Positions 8,389-16,062 of a DNA stretch of 62,277 bases are shown here, one piece after another. Positions within the stretch are counted from its first letter, which is position 1. The number at the start of each line of letters is the position of its first letter. The notes under the pieces were generated by a model. It was not told where the DNA came from, ran no database searches, and was given only the letters and a program-made list of their open reading frames with translations. Both the position numbers and the translations under genes were made by a program. Source of the DNA: Candidatus Nealsonbacteria bacterium (GTDB taxonomy: Bacteria; Patescibacteriota; Minisyncoccia; Minisyncoccales; MHMH01); assembly GCA_043813805.1 (NCBI GenBank), contig JBDRKR010000025.1:1-62277 (forward strand), given 5' to 3'.

Positions 8389-9195
8389 TTATAATTCCAG
8401 CATCAATATCTCTAAAGCAAGACGCTTATTCACGTTGGTCGTTGAAATCAAAAAACTGATGTTTTGAATGGCCTTAAGAATTTTCCTTAACTTCGCCACG
8501 GAGTAATCGCCGGATTTGCCGTTAATGACAGACAGAAGCACTTCTCGAAAATAGCTTAGCCAAATATCCAAGAGCCCTTTCAAATCGGGCGAATCTTCAG
8601 CCAGAGATTTGATATATTGAAAACGCGAAAGCAAATTTTGGCCGCTCAATCTGATAATTTCATCTATCGCCTCTTTTTCTTCCTTGCTTTTTTCGCGAGC
8701 CGCCGGAGAATAAAACCTCACGCGCTCAACGCGCGATAAAATAGTCGGCAGAAGCATCTCCGGGTATTCGCTAATCAAAATAAATAAGGAATTGCCCTTC
8801 GGCTCTTCCAGCATTTTCAGAAAAGCTGATTGCGCTTCTTGATTTAATAAATGAGCCTTGTCGATAATGGCCGTCTTAAACGGCGCCGAATAGGACTTCA
8901 AAGAAAGATTCTTCTGCAGTTCTCTAATTTGAAAGATTTTTATTTCTTTGCTTTCTTGCGGTTCGACAATAGTCAGGTCGGGGTGGGTGTTCTTTTCAAT
9001 ATCTAAGCAGGCGCGGCAAGTCCTACAGGGCCGAGCCTCAAAACTCTTCGACTCGCAATTCAAAAGCTTGATAAACTCTAGAGCCAAGGTACGCTTACCG
9101 CAAGCGCCCCGACCGTAAAACAACAGAGCATGGGGCGTTTTCCCAAGCTCGGCTGTTTTTTTTAAGAATTGCCACTGTTTTGGATTTCTTAGCAT
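8389..9195 (-). CDS. holB: DNA polymerase III delta-prime subunit
   Basis: 268 aa with P-loop-like GRGACGKRT and zinc module CRTCRAC. Confidence 0.75.
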   Translation of the reverse strand: MLRNPKQWQFLKKTAELGKTPHALLFYGRGACGKRTLALEFIKLLNCESKSFEARPCRTCRACLDIEKNTHPDLTIVEPQESKEIKIFQIRELQKNLSLKSYSAPFKTAIIDKAHLLNQEAQSAFLKMLEEPKGNSLFILISEYPEMLLPTILSRVERVRFYSPAAREKSKEEKEAIDEIIRLSGQNLLSRFQYIKSLAEDSPDLKGLLDIWLSYFREVLLSVINGKSGDYSVAKLRKILKAIQNISFLISTTNVNKRLALEILMLEL

Positions 9196-10202
9196 TACCT
9201 CTTGGCCATTATGCTCTTTTTGTAAACACTGAGATTTTCCAAGACAACGCCCGTACCCTTAGCCACGCACAGCATCGGCTCATCGGCGATGAAACAGGGC
9301 ACTCCCGTTTCTTTAGCAATCAATTTATCGATGTTATTCAATAAAGCCCCGCCGCCGGAAATCACCATGCCTTTATCCATTACATCAGAAGAAAGCTCCG
9401 GAGGCGTATCTCTCAAAACCTGTTTAATGGTATGGATAATCTCAGCTAAGATTTCCGAGATGGCTTCGCAAACTTCATTGGAAGAAATCTTGATCGTCTT
9501 AGGAAGCCCCGAAACCATGTCCCTGCCCCGGACACTCAATATTTTTTCTTCTTTCTCGGGCATAGCCGTGCCGATTTTAATTTTAACATCTTCGGTCGTC
9601 TGTTCGCCCAAGGCCACGTTGTGCTTATCTTTAATGTATTCCCCGATGGCCCTGTCCATTTTATCGCCCGCCACTCTGACAGAACTCGAAGTCACAATGC
9701 CTCCAAGCGAAATTACGGCAACTTCCGAAGTCCCGCCGCCGATATCCACGATCAAATTGCCGGAGCAGGCGTTAATGGGAATGCCTGCGCCAATGGCCGC
9801 CAAAATCGGCTCTTTGACGACGTATGCTTCTTTCGCCCCGGCGTTGATGGCTGCTTCTAAAACCGCTCTTTTTTCGGTACTTGTTATGCCGGCCGGCACG
9901 GAAATCATCAATTCCGGTTTGAAAAACCTGAAAGGACCTGTGGTTTTTTCAATAAGATGCCTGATCATCGCTTGCGTCACCCGAAAATCGGCGATAACGC
10001 CGTCTTTCATCGGCCGATAAACCCTGATCGTGTCAGGGGTTTTGCCGATCATTTCCTTGGCCGCTTCTCCAATGGCTAAAATCTTATTTTCCTGCAAAGA
10101 TACGGCCACGACCGAAGGCTCCATTAAAACCACTCCTTTTTTAGGAACGAAAACCAAAGAATTACATGTGCCCAAATCAATGCCGATTTTTCTGACAAAC
10201 AT
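9195..10202 (-). CDS. mreB: second MreB-family actin-like protein
   Basis: 335 aa with DLGTCNS and DIGGGTSEVAV. Confidence 0.9.
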   Translation of the reverse strand: MFVRKIGIDLGTCNSLVFVPKKGVVLMEPSVVAVSLQENKILAIGEAAKEMIGKTPDTIRVYRPMKDGVIADFRVTQAMIRHLIEKTTGPFRFFKPELMISVPAGITSTEKRAVLEAAINAGAKEAYVVKEPILAAIGAGIPINACSGNLIVDIGGGTSEVAVISLGGIVTSSSVRVAGDKMDRAIGEYIKDKHNVALGEQTTEDVKIKIGTAMPEKEEKILSVRGRDMVSGLPKTIKISSNEVCEAISEILAEIIHTIKQVLRDTPPELSSDVMDKGMVISGGGALLNNIDKLIAKETGVPCFIADEPMLCVAKGTGVVLENLSVYKKSIMAKR

Positions 10203-10209
10203 ATTTATT

Positions 10210-11475
10210 TTAAACTTTTACTCTTTTAATATCAGCACCCAATTTCTGTAATCTGGTTTCAATTCTTTCGTAACCCCGATCTACCTGATATATATTATTA
10301 ATGATTGTTTTACCTTTGGCAATAAGACCGGCAATGATTAAAGCCGCTCCCCCCCTCAGGTCAAAAGAATCGATATCTCTCCCAAATAGCCGAGTCGGTC
10401 CGTTGATGATTGCCCGATGGGGATCGGCAAAATAAATTTTGGCTCCCATCTTATTCAATTCTTCCAGATACTTCAATCTGCCCTCATAAAGCGGGTCGTG
10501 GATCAAGGTTGGTCCCTGGGCCTGAGTCGCCAAAACTCCGAAGGCCGATTGTAAATCAGAAGGGATGCCGGGATACGGCAAGCTTTGTATTTTATCAATT
10601 TTAAGATGCCGCCAGGGCATAACCTTCACAGAATTGCCTCCGATAATCTTGAAAGGCACGCCGAAGTCCTTGAGTTTTTTTAACGGCAATTCCAAATAAT
10701 CGACTTCCACATTTTTAACAAGCACATTGCCTCTGGTGGCCGCCGCAATTAAAATGAAAGTGCCCGCTTCCACCGGATCATTCATCAAACGATGCTTTGA
10801 CCCTTTTAATTTTTTACAACCGCGGACCACAACATCGTGGGTCCCGGCCCCTTCCACCCTTGCTCCCATTTTATTTAAAAACTTGGCCAACTCTCTCACC
10901 TGGTAATCGCCGTCAGCGATCTTAATAACGGTCTTTGTAGGAATAGAGCTCGCTAAAATCATCAAATTTTCGGTGGCGGTGACTGAGAATTCATTAAGAA
11001 CAATGGCGCCTCCTTTTTTATTTGCAAGCTTAATCTCATATTTTTTTCCGCTCTTTTTGACGGATGCTCCCAATTGCTCAAAGCCATCAAGATGCGTATC
11101 AATAGGACGCGCCCCGATAACACAACCTCCGGGATTGGGAAAACTTATCTTGTTGAATCTGGCCAATAACGGACCCATGAAAAGAACCGAACCGCGCAAT
11201 CGACTCACTAAATCTTTTTTGACGTTTTGCGGCTGAAGATTATCGTTTTTGATGCGCACGGTTCTTGCGCCGAGCCATTCGATTTTCGATCCCATGCTTT
11301 TCATGATTTCCAGCATCCGAAAGACATCTTCAATCAAAGGAAGGTTGGAAATCTCGCAAGCTTTTGGAGTCAAAAGAGTGGCGGCTAAAATCGGAAAAGC
11401 GGCATTTTTTGCCCCCCGGACTTCAATTTCGCCTTTTAAGGGTTTGCCGCCGTTGATGATGAATTTTTCTGCCAT
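10210..11475 (-). CDS. murA: UDP-N-acetylglucosamine 1-carboxyvinyltransferase
   Basis: 421 aa with KNAAFPILAATLL and the active-site Cys region NPGGCVIGARPID. Confidence 0.95.
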   Translation of the reverse strand: MAEKFIINGGKPLKGEIEVRGAKNAAFPILAATLLTPKACEISNLPLIEDVFRMLEIMKSMGSKIEWLGARTVRIKNDNLQPQNVKKDLVSRLRGSVLFMGPLLARFNKISFPNPGGCVIGARPIDTHLDGFEQLGASVKKSGKKYEIKLANKKGGAIVLNEFSVTATENLMILASSIPTKTVIKIADGDYQVRELAKFLNKMGARVEGAGTHDVVVRGCKKLKGSKHRLMNDPVEAGTFILIAAATRGNVLVKNVEVDYLELPLKKLKDFGVPFKIIGGNSVKVMPWRHLKIDKIQSLPYPGIPSDLQSAFGVLATQAQGPTLIHDPLYEGRLKYLEELNKMGAKIYFADPHRAIINGPTRLFGRDIDSFDLRGGAALIIAGLIAKGKTIINNIYQVDRGYERIETRLQKLGADIKRVKV

Positions 11476-11531
11476 GGCTTTATTATATCTCTTAATATCT
11501 TATCTCAAAATCACCCTTTTAGCAACCGCAA

Positions 11532-11579
11532 AAATGAAAGAGGCTAAACCTCTTTCATCGTTCATTGAGGTTTAGCCTC
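11532..11579. repeat. palindromic terminator-like repeat, copy 1 (compound)
   Basis: aaatgaaagaggctaaacctctttcat plus the inverted partner gaggtttagcctc. Confidence 0.8.
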
Positions 11580-11597
11580 GGCCATTTAAACTTCGAT

Positions 11598-11632
11598 AAA
11601 ACATAAAAGGCGTTCGTTTTCACGAACGCCTT
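11598..11632 (-). terminator. rho-independent terminator
   Basis: 10-bp stem AAGGCGTTCG/CGAACGCCTT followed by TTTTATGTTTTAT on the minus strand. Confidence 0.7.
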
Positions 11633-11651
11633 CTTTAATTACCCCTAAACA

Positions 11652-12308
11652 CTAAGGAGCTAATGCTTTCTTTCTTACTCCTGCGATATGGAATTCAGCG
11701 CTTTGTCCGGTAGCTTTTTCAAATTGCCGATAAAGAGCGATGGCTTCCAGATATTCGTCCATCGCCTCCCGATTCCGGCCCAACTCTTTCAGGGCGTCAG
11801 CTTTATTCTGTTTGGCATGACCGGCTGTCCGATAGTCGCCTTTGAGCAAAGCCTTTTCGTAGACCTTCTCGCAGACCTCCACGCTCCCCTTAAAATCTTT
11901 CGCCCAGCGAAAGAGAATGCTTCGGGTGTTCCAAACCGATGGTTCCTCCGGGAATTCCTTGATGGCTTTATCGCTGATTCTCCAGGCCTCTTCCTGCTCT
12001 TCCAAAATCCAAAGCGACAAAGGTAGGCCATTTAAAATCGAAATTTTCTTCTTACTGTCAGAAGTTCGATCCAGGGCTTGCTTAAAAGCCTCTTTCGACA
12101 TTTGGAGACCGATCTGCTTATCATGAAGACCCTTCGTGCCGATATAATACCAATTCCATCCTCTCAACCGACAAGCCTCGGCAATCTCTTCGTCGGTGGT
12201 TAAGCTACTTTCATTAAGATCGATGAGAGAATTCGAATCCCGCCATTTCCCCTCATCGTACAGTTTTTGAGCTTCCGCTAAGACCTTTCCAATATCTACC
12301 GTTGCCAT
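11652..12308 (-). CDS. hypothetical helical-repeat (TPR-like) protein
   Basis: 218 aa with repeated amphipathic helix pairs. SD GAGGAGG lies 7 nt upstream. Confidence 0.55.
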   Translation of the reverse strand: MATVDIGKVLAEAQKLYDEGKWRDSNSLIDLNESSLTTDEEIAEACRLRGWNWYYIGTKGLHDKQIGLQMSKEAFKQALDRTSDSKKKISILNGLPLSLWILEEQEEAWRISDKAIKEFPEEPSVWNTRSILFRWAKDFKGSVEVCEKVYEKALLKGDYRTAGHAKQNKADALKELGRNREAMDEYLEAIALYRQFEKATGQSAEFHIAGVRKKALAP

Positions 12309-12320
12309 CGCGACGCCTCC

Positions 12321-12530
12321 TCAATCCTTTTTGATTTCAACGACTCTGAATTTCCGACCGCAATTCCTGCACAAGTAATCTTTTTTAACCTCGGTCCCCA
12401 GATAGGTACGGCCCACTCCGCCGCCTTCCGTATCAAAACCGAACTGCTCGTCTTCCATTTTACCTTGGAACTCTACATTCTTGCTACCGCAAGAATCACA
12501 CTCCACCCTTTCCTCTTTTTGTATTACCAT
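12321..12530 (-). CDS. small zinc-ribbon protein
   Basis: 69 aa counted from Met20 of ORF 12321-12587. Two CxxC pairs (CDSCGS, CRNCGR). SD GGAGGTG lies upstream. Confidence 0.6.
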   Translation of the reverse strand: MVIQKEERVECDSCGSKNVEFQGKMEDEQFGFDTEGGGVGRTYLGTEVKKDYLCRNCGRKFRVVEIKKD

Positions 12531-12566
12531 CTCGACAACACCTCCATATTTAATTTTCAATGAATT

Positions 12567-12595
12567 ATCATAGCAGATTGATTTCAAGTTGTCAA
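12567..12595 (-). promoter_or_regulatory. promoter TTGACA-17-TATGAT
   Basis: -35 at 12590-12595, inside the left 21-bp duplication. -10 at 12567-12572. Confidence 0.55.
12575..12595. repeat. 21-bp direct duplication, left copy
   Basis: agattgatttcaagttgtcaa. 19 of 21 positions match 13356-13376. Confidence 0.8.
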
Positions 12596-12605
12596 CTATC
12601 GATAT

Positions 12606-12627
12606 AATCGACGTCGGACGTCCATTA
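12606..12627. repeat. REP1 palindrome copy
   Basis: aatcgacgtcggacgtccatta. Confidence 0.8.
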
Positions 12628-12628
12628 T

Positions 12629-13309
12629 TTATTCTAATTTAAAACCTTTAAGAGATTCGATATTTTTAGCATAATAACTCAGCCAATTTGTAAAAAATTC
12701 TCTGTATTCTTCCGAATTCTTAAAAAATCTAGCCATAAAGTCTTTATCTATCAGTGATGGGAAATTTTTAATCCCCCACCAATCTAAGTGGCTAGACCAA
12801 CGATATTGTTCTAAGAATCTCAAGGCATTTTGAATTTCTAAATTGGTTAAACCTTTTTCTTTCCAGTCGGGCTTCCATAAATCTAAAGGATTGGAGTGGA
12901 TATAACAAATTAACTGAATAGCTTGGGTGTCGTCCATTACTTGTACCTTTTTATATTTCCCCTGAAACAACGTTCCGTTCCTTTTATATTTAACATTAAA
13001 AAACTTAGCAAATCCGCCTCCGAATTTTTTATGAAAATTCGCGAGACCATTATCTGGAATAGGAGATGAAAATAAATGATAATGATTAGGCATCAAGCAC
13101 CAAACAAATAAATTCAACAGATTTTCTCTGGTCTTATTTAAATTAATCGACGTCAGACGTCCATTAATTCGCTGTTTGAGATTAAATACAGCATTACTGT
13201 CATTAAACTCATAAAGATCGTGAACACCACGAAAATAATCTCCTTCTTCTATAAATATTTTTCTTTTGTCTGTTCCTCGATTATAACTGTGATAAAACAA
13301 GCTTTCCAT
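12629..13309 (-). CDS. REP-associated tyrosine transposase (IS200-like Y1, HUH)
   Basis: 226 aa with HUH motif MPNHYHLF and catalytic Tyr region CYIHSNP. The -10 TGGTATAAT lies 8 nt upstream of the ATG. Confidence 0.8.
   Translation of the reverse strand: MESLFYHSYNRGTDKRKIFIEEGDYFRGVHDLYEFNDSNAVFNLKQRINGRLTSINLNKTRENLLNLFVWCLMPNHYHLFSSPIPDNGLANFHKKFGGGFAKFFNVKYKRNGTLFQGKYKKVQVMDDTQAIQLICYIHSNPLDLWKPDWKEKGLTNLEIQNALRFLEQYRWSSHLDWWGIKNFPSLIDKDFMARFFKNSEEYREFFTNWLSYYAKNIESLKGFKLE
13145..13166. repeat. REP1 copy inside the transposase CDS
   Basis: aatcgacgtcagacgtccatta, translated in frame as INGRLTSI. Confidence 0.75.
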
Positions 13310-13331
13310 ATTTTTAAATTATACCACAAAC

Positions 13332-13353
13332 AATCGACGTCGGACGTCGATTA
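13332..13353. repeat. REP1 palindrome copy
   Basis: aatcgacgtcggacgtcgatta, with 10-bp arms around a central g. Confidence 0.8.
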
Positions 13354-13355
13354 AT

Positions 13356-13376
13356 AGATTGATTTCAAAATGTCAA
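13356..13376. repeat. 21-bp direct duplication, right copy
   Basis: agattgatttcaaaatgtcaa. Confidence 0.8.
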
Positions 13377-13387
13377 TGAGATATGAT
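13359..13387 (+). promoter_or_regulatory. promoter TTGATT-17-TATGAT
   Basis: -35 lies inside the right duplication. The -10 lies 9 nt upstream of the ATG at 13397. Confidence 0.5.
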
Positions 13388-13396
13388 GGATAAAAC

Positions 13397-14152
13397 ATGA
13401 CTAAAAAAACAAGGACAATCCTCTTCGCTATCTGCGTTTTTTTGTTTTCGCTGACGGCCCCGTCAGTCATTTTTTATTCTCAAGGATACCGCTTTGATTT
13501 TGAAACAAGAAAAATCGTGCAAACCGGCGGTCTTTATTTTAAAGTGACGCCCAGGTCCGCTCAAGTGTATTTGAATGGCAAGCTAATAGAAACGACGTCT
13601 ATTTTTACGAGTTCATCTCTCGTCGAAAACCTGTTACCCAAAACATATTATGTTGAAATAAAAAAAGACGGTTTTAATTCTTGGCAAAAAAACATGGAAG
13701 TCAAAGAGAGGCAGGTCACTGAAGCTAAAAATATTACTTTGATTCCTCAAAACATTAATTTCGTCAAAAGCATAGAAACTCCCCTGCCCAAATACCTCGC
13801 CAATGCCACCTCTTCTGACGGCAATAAAGTTGTAAAATATGACGACCACGAAATTTGGATATCTTTCCCCGAGGAAGAGAAAGATATTTTTCTAATCCGC
13901 TTTTCGGAAAAAATCTGCCAAGTTTTTTGGCTCAACGATTATTATCTGATTTTTAACGTCGGTGGAAAAATAAACCTTGATTTCTCGCCCTGCTCAAAAT
14001 TAAAAGTCGCCGAAATCGACGACCGTGACAGATTAAACGTTATTGATATTGCGGAGTTTAAAACTCCTGAAATCTTTTGGGACAACGCCAACGGCAAGCT
14101 TTATGTTTCGAGCGAAAACACTCTCTATGTTTCAGAAGGGTTACTTCCCTAG
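13397..14152 (+). CDS. membrane-anchored PEGA-domain protein
   Basis: 251 aa with an N-terminal TM helix and a PEGA-like segment YFKVTPRSAQVYLNGK...YYVEIKKDGF. Confidence 0.6.
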   Translation: MTKKTRTILFAICVFLFSLTAPSVIFYSQGYRFDFETRKIVQTGGLYFKVTPRSAQVYLNGKLIETTSIFTSSSLVENLLPKTYYVEIKKDGFNSWQKNMEVKERQVTEAKNITLIPQNINFVKSIETPLPKYLANATSSDGNKVVKYDDHEIWISFPEEEKDIFLIRFSEKICQVFWLNDYYLIFNVGGKINLDFSPCSKLKVAEIDDRDRLNVIDIAEFKTPEIFWDNANGKLYVSSENTLYVSEGLLP

Positions 14153-14824
14153 TTTCTCAACCTTACTTTTAAATTCGTCCCATTTTAACTCGTCCTTGCC
14201 CGCGGAAATACAAATGTCTTTAAATTGGCAATAAACGCATTGCCTGTTCCGCGGAAAATCCAGCATCTGTTCCGGGATGATATTAGCTTTGATTTTTTTA
14301 TCAAGGCTTTCCAATCCCTTTAAAAGATTTTGGACCAAGTCGGTATTATACTGGATCGGAAAATCTTTCAATTCCGAAGTGTCCTTGCTCATATAGAGCA
14401 AAATTCCTTTGGGAATCTGGAAATAGTGCATATAAAGCTGAATTTGGTTGATGTTCTCTTCTTTCGGCTCTTGTAGCTTTCTGAAAATCATGCTGTTCAT
14501 GCTTTTAAAATCAACCACGTAAAGCTCGTTATTTAAAGTTACGATAGCGTCAGCCCGGCCAGAAATTAATGCCTGAGGGGGAATCTGAACCTCGGAAGCC
14601 CGCACAATCCCCAAGCTGAAAAGAGAGCTTAAAAGCTGCATCTGAATATAATCGCCGTGATCAAAGAGCCGCAACATCCGGGCTTCCATCTTTTCCCGCG
14701 GCATATTTTTAAACTTAAAAAAAATAGCGCGGGCGCATTTGCCGGCATCGGTAATGTAAAAATGATTTTGCTCTCTGTCTTCCTGCTTATCCAAATAAAG
14801 CTGATCGATGAGTTCCTTAAGCAT
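14141..14824 (-). CDS. PD-(D/E)XK nuclease, Cas4/RecB-like with 4-Cys cluster
   Basis: 227 aa with GKCARA, GRADAIV, VVDFKS, QLYMHY and C-terminal CVYCQFKDIC. Confidence 0.65.
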   Translation of the reverse strand: MLKELIDQLYLDKQEDREQNHFYITDAGKCARAIFFKFKNMPREKMEARMLRLFDHGDYIQMQLLSSLFSLGIVRASEVQIPPQALISGRADAIVTLNNELYVVDFKSMNSMIFRKLQEPKEENINQIQLYMHYFQIPKGILLYMSKDTSELKDFPIQYNTDLVQNLLKGLESLDKKIKANIIPEQMLDFPRNRQCVYCQFKDICISAGKDELKWDEFKSKVEKLGK

Positions 14825-14829
14825 AAACT

Positions 14830-14876
14830 AATGAAAGAGGCTAAACCTCAAATGAAAGAGGTTTAGCCTCTTTCAT
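14830..14876. repeat. palindromic terminator-like repeat, copy 2 (compound)
   Basis: aatgaaagaggctaaacctc, then aaatgaaa, then gaggtttagcctctttcat. Forms a 17-bp stem. Confidence 0.8.
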
Positions 14877-14894
14877 TTTAAAGATAAAGAATTG

Positions 14895-15371
14895 TTAACG
14901 TTTCGTCCACTGAGGAGCTCTTCGGGCACGCTTCAAACCGAACTTCTTGCGCTCCCTCATGCGGGAATCTCTGGTTAAAAAGCCTGCCTTTTTGAGCCTG
15001 GCACGAAATTCTGGATTAAATTCGGTTAAGGCTCTCGCTATCCCGTGCCTTAAAGCTTCTGACTGAGCATGCAATCCACCTCCATTAACCCTGGCCGTCA
15101 CGCTGAATTTACCAAGGCAGTCCATTTTTTCCAAAGAAGACAAAACAATCTGCTGCAGATCTTGCGCAGGAAAATATTTATCCAACGGCTTGCCGTTGAT
15201 CACAAACTCTCTGGAGTCCTGAGCTTGGAGATGAACGCGAGCTACGGCCGTTTTTCTTCGGCCGACCGCTTCAAAAAAATGAAGCGCTTTTGCTTCTTTG
15301 ACAATCTCGGGTTTCACTTTTTTCGTAATTTTTCTGGTTGTTTTAGCTACTGGCATATTTATAGTGAGCAT
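14895..15371 (-). CDS. rpsI: 30S ribosomal protein S9
   Basis: C-terminal RERKKFGLKRARRAPQWTKR. Has an N-terminal extension, so the start may be Met6. Confidence 0.9.
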   Translation of the reverse strand: MLTINMPVAKTTRKITKKVKPEIVKEAKALHFFEAVGRRKTAVARVHLQAQDSREFVINGKPLDKYFPAQDLQQIVLSSLEKMDCLGKFSVTARVNGGGLHAQSEALRHGIARALTEFNPEFRARLKKAGFLTRDSRMRERKKFGLKRARRAPQWTKR

Positions 15372-15715
15372 TTCAATCTTTTTATTTGCTCTGACCTCAA
15401 TTTATTTTTCGGCAACATTCCCCAAACTGCTTTTTTTAAAACTTCTCCAGGGTTCTCGGCAAAAAGCTTTTTCATGGGCACTTCCCTTAAACCTCCGGGA
15501 TAAGAAGTGTGATGATAATATTTCTTCTTTTCTAATTTCTTGCCGGTGAATTTAACTTTAGTAATGTTTTTCACCACCACGAAATCGCCCGAATCCTGAT
15601 TCGGTTGAAAATTCGCTCGGTGTTTACCTCTCAAAGCTAAGGCAATTTTAACAGCTAATCTGCCCACAGCCTGGTCCGTAGCGTCAATGGTTAAAGTTTG
15701 TCTTTTCATAATCAC
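15359..15715 (-). CDS. rplM: 50S ribosomal protein L13
   Basis: 118 aa with GRLAVKIALALRGKH. Confidence 0.9.
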   Translation of the reverse strand: MIMKRQTLTIDATDQAVGRLAVKIALALRGKHRANFQPNQDSGDFVVVKNITKVKFTGKKLEKKKYYHHTSYPGGLREVPMKKLFAENPGEVLKKAVWGMLPKNKLRSEQIKRLKCSL

Positions 15716-16062
15716 TTAATAAATTCGATTAAAGCCATCTTTGACCCGTCGCTGAACCTTTGGCCAAGCTTTATTACCCTGGTGTATCCTCCCTTCCTCG
15801 TTTGATAGCGCGGGGTTATTTCCTGCGTCAGTTTTTTAACAACCTTAGGAGCTAAAAACCGAAGAAGCCTTCTTTTCGAATTCAAGTCTCCCCTTTTAGC
15901 AATAGTCACGAATCTTTCAACATAAGGAGAAACCTCCTTGGCTTTCGCCTCGGTAGTTTGGATTCTTTCTTTCAAAATAAGAGCGGCAGCTAAACCTTTT
16001 AAAAGCGCTGTCCGCTGGCCGCTTTCCCTGTTAAACTTTCTTCCGCTTTGTCTTTTTCTCAT
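15712..16062 (-). CDS. rplQ: 50S ribosomal protein L17
   Basis: Start moved to MRKRQSGRKFNR (Met21 of the ORF), which matches the usual L17 N-terminus. Confidence 0.85.
   Translation of the reverse strand: MRKRQSGRKFNRESGQRTALLKGLAAALILKERIQTTEAKAKEVSPYVERFVTIAKRGDLNSKRRLLRFLAPKVVKKLTQEITPRYQTRKGGYTRVIKLGQRFSDGSKMALIEFIK

Larger units (their letters stand above)
12596..13355 (-). mobile_element. RAYT/IS200-like Y1 transposase cassette flanked by REP-like palindromes
   Basis: 760 bp between the 21-bp duplications. REP copies sit at both ends and one transposase gene lies inside. Confidence 0.65.

Noticed and set aside
9289-10020. Long antisense ORFs inside housekeeping genes, for example 9289-10020 (+), 4354-4815 (+), 30909-31436 (+), 41344-41805 (+), 43808-44311 (+) and 36908-37330 (+).
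   Set aside because: Each lies fully antisense to a confidently identified conserved gene (mreB, rpsE, tuf, fusA, rplB). They have low-complexity Ser/Pro/Leu-rich translations and no start signals.
4350-10202. The two mreB paralogs treated as an unusual system.
   Set aside because: Both are intact, typical actin-fold proteins in housekeeping context. Duplicated mreB genes are common in bacteria, so they are not reported as a finding.
11249-11575. ORFs ending in or containing MKEAKP (11249-11575 + and 14657-14866 +).
   Set aside because: The shared peptide is produced by the 27-nt palindromic repeat. The rest of each ORF is antisense to murA or to the Cas4-like gene.
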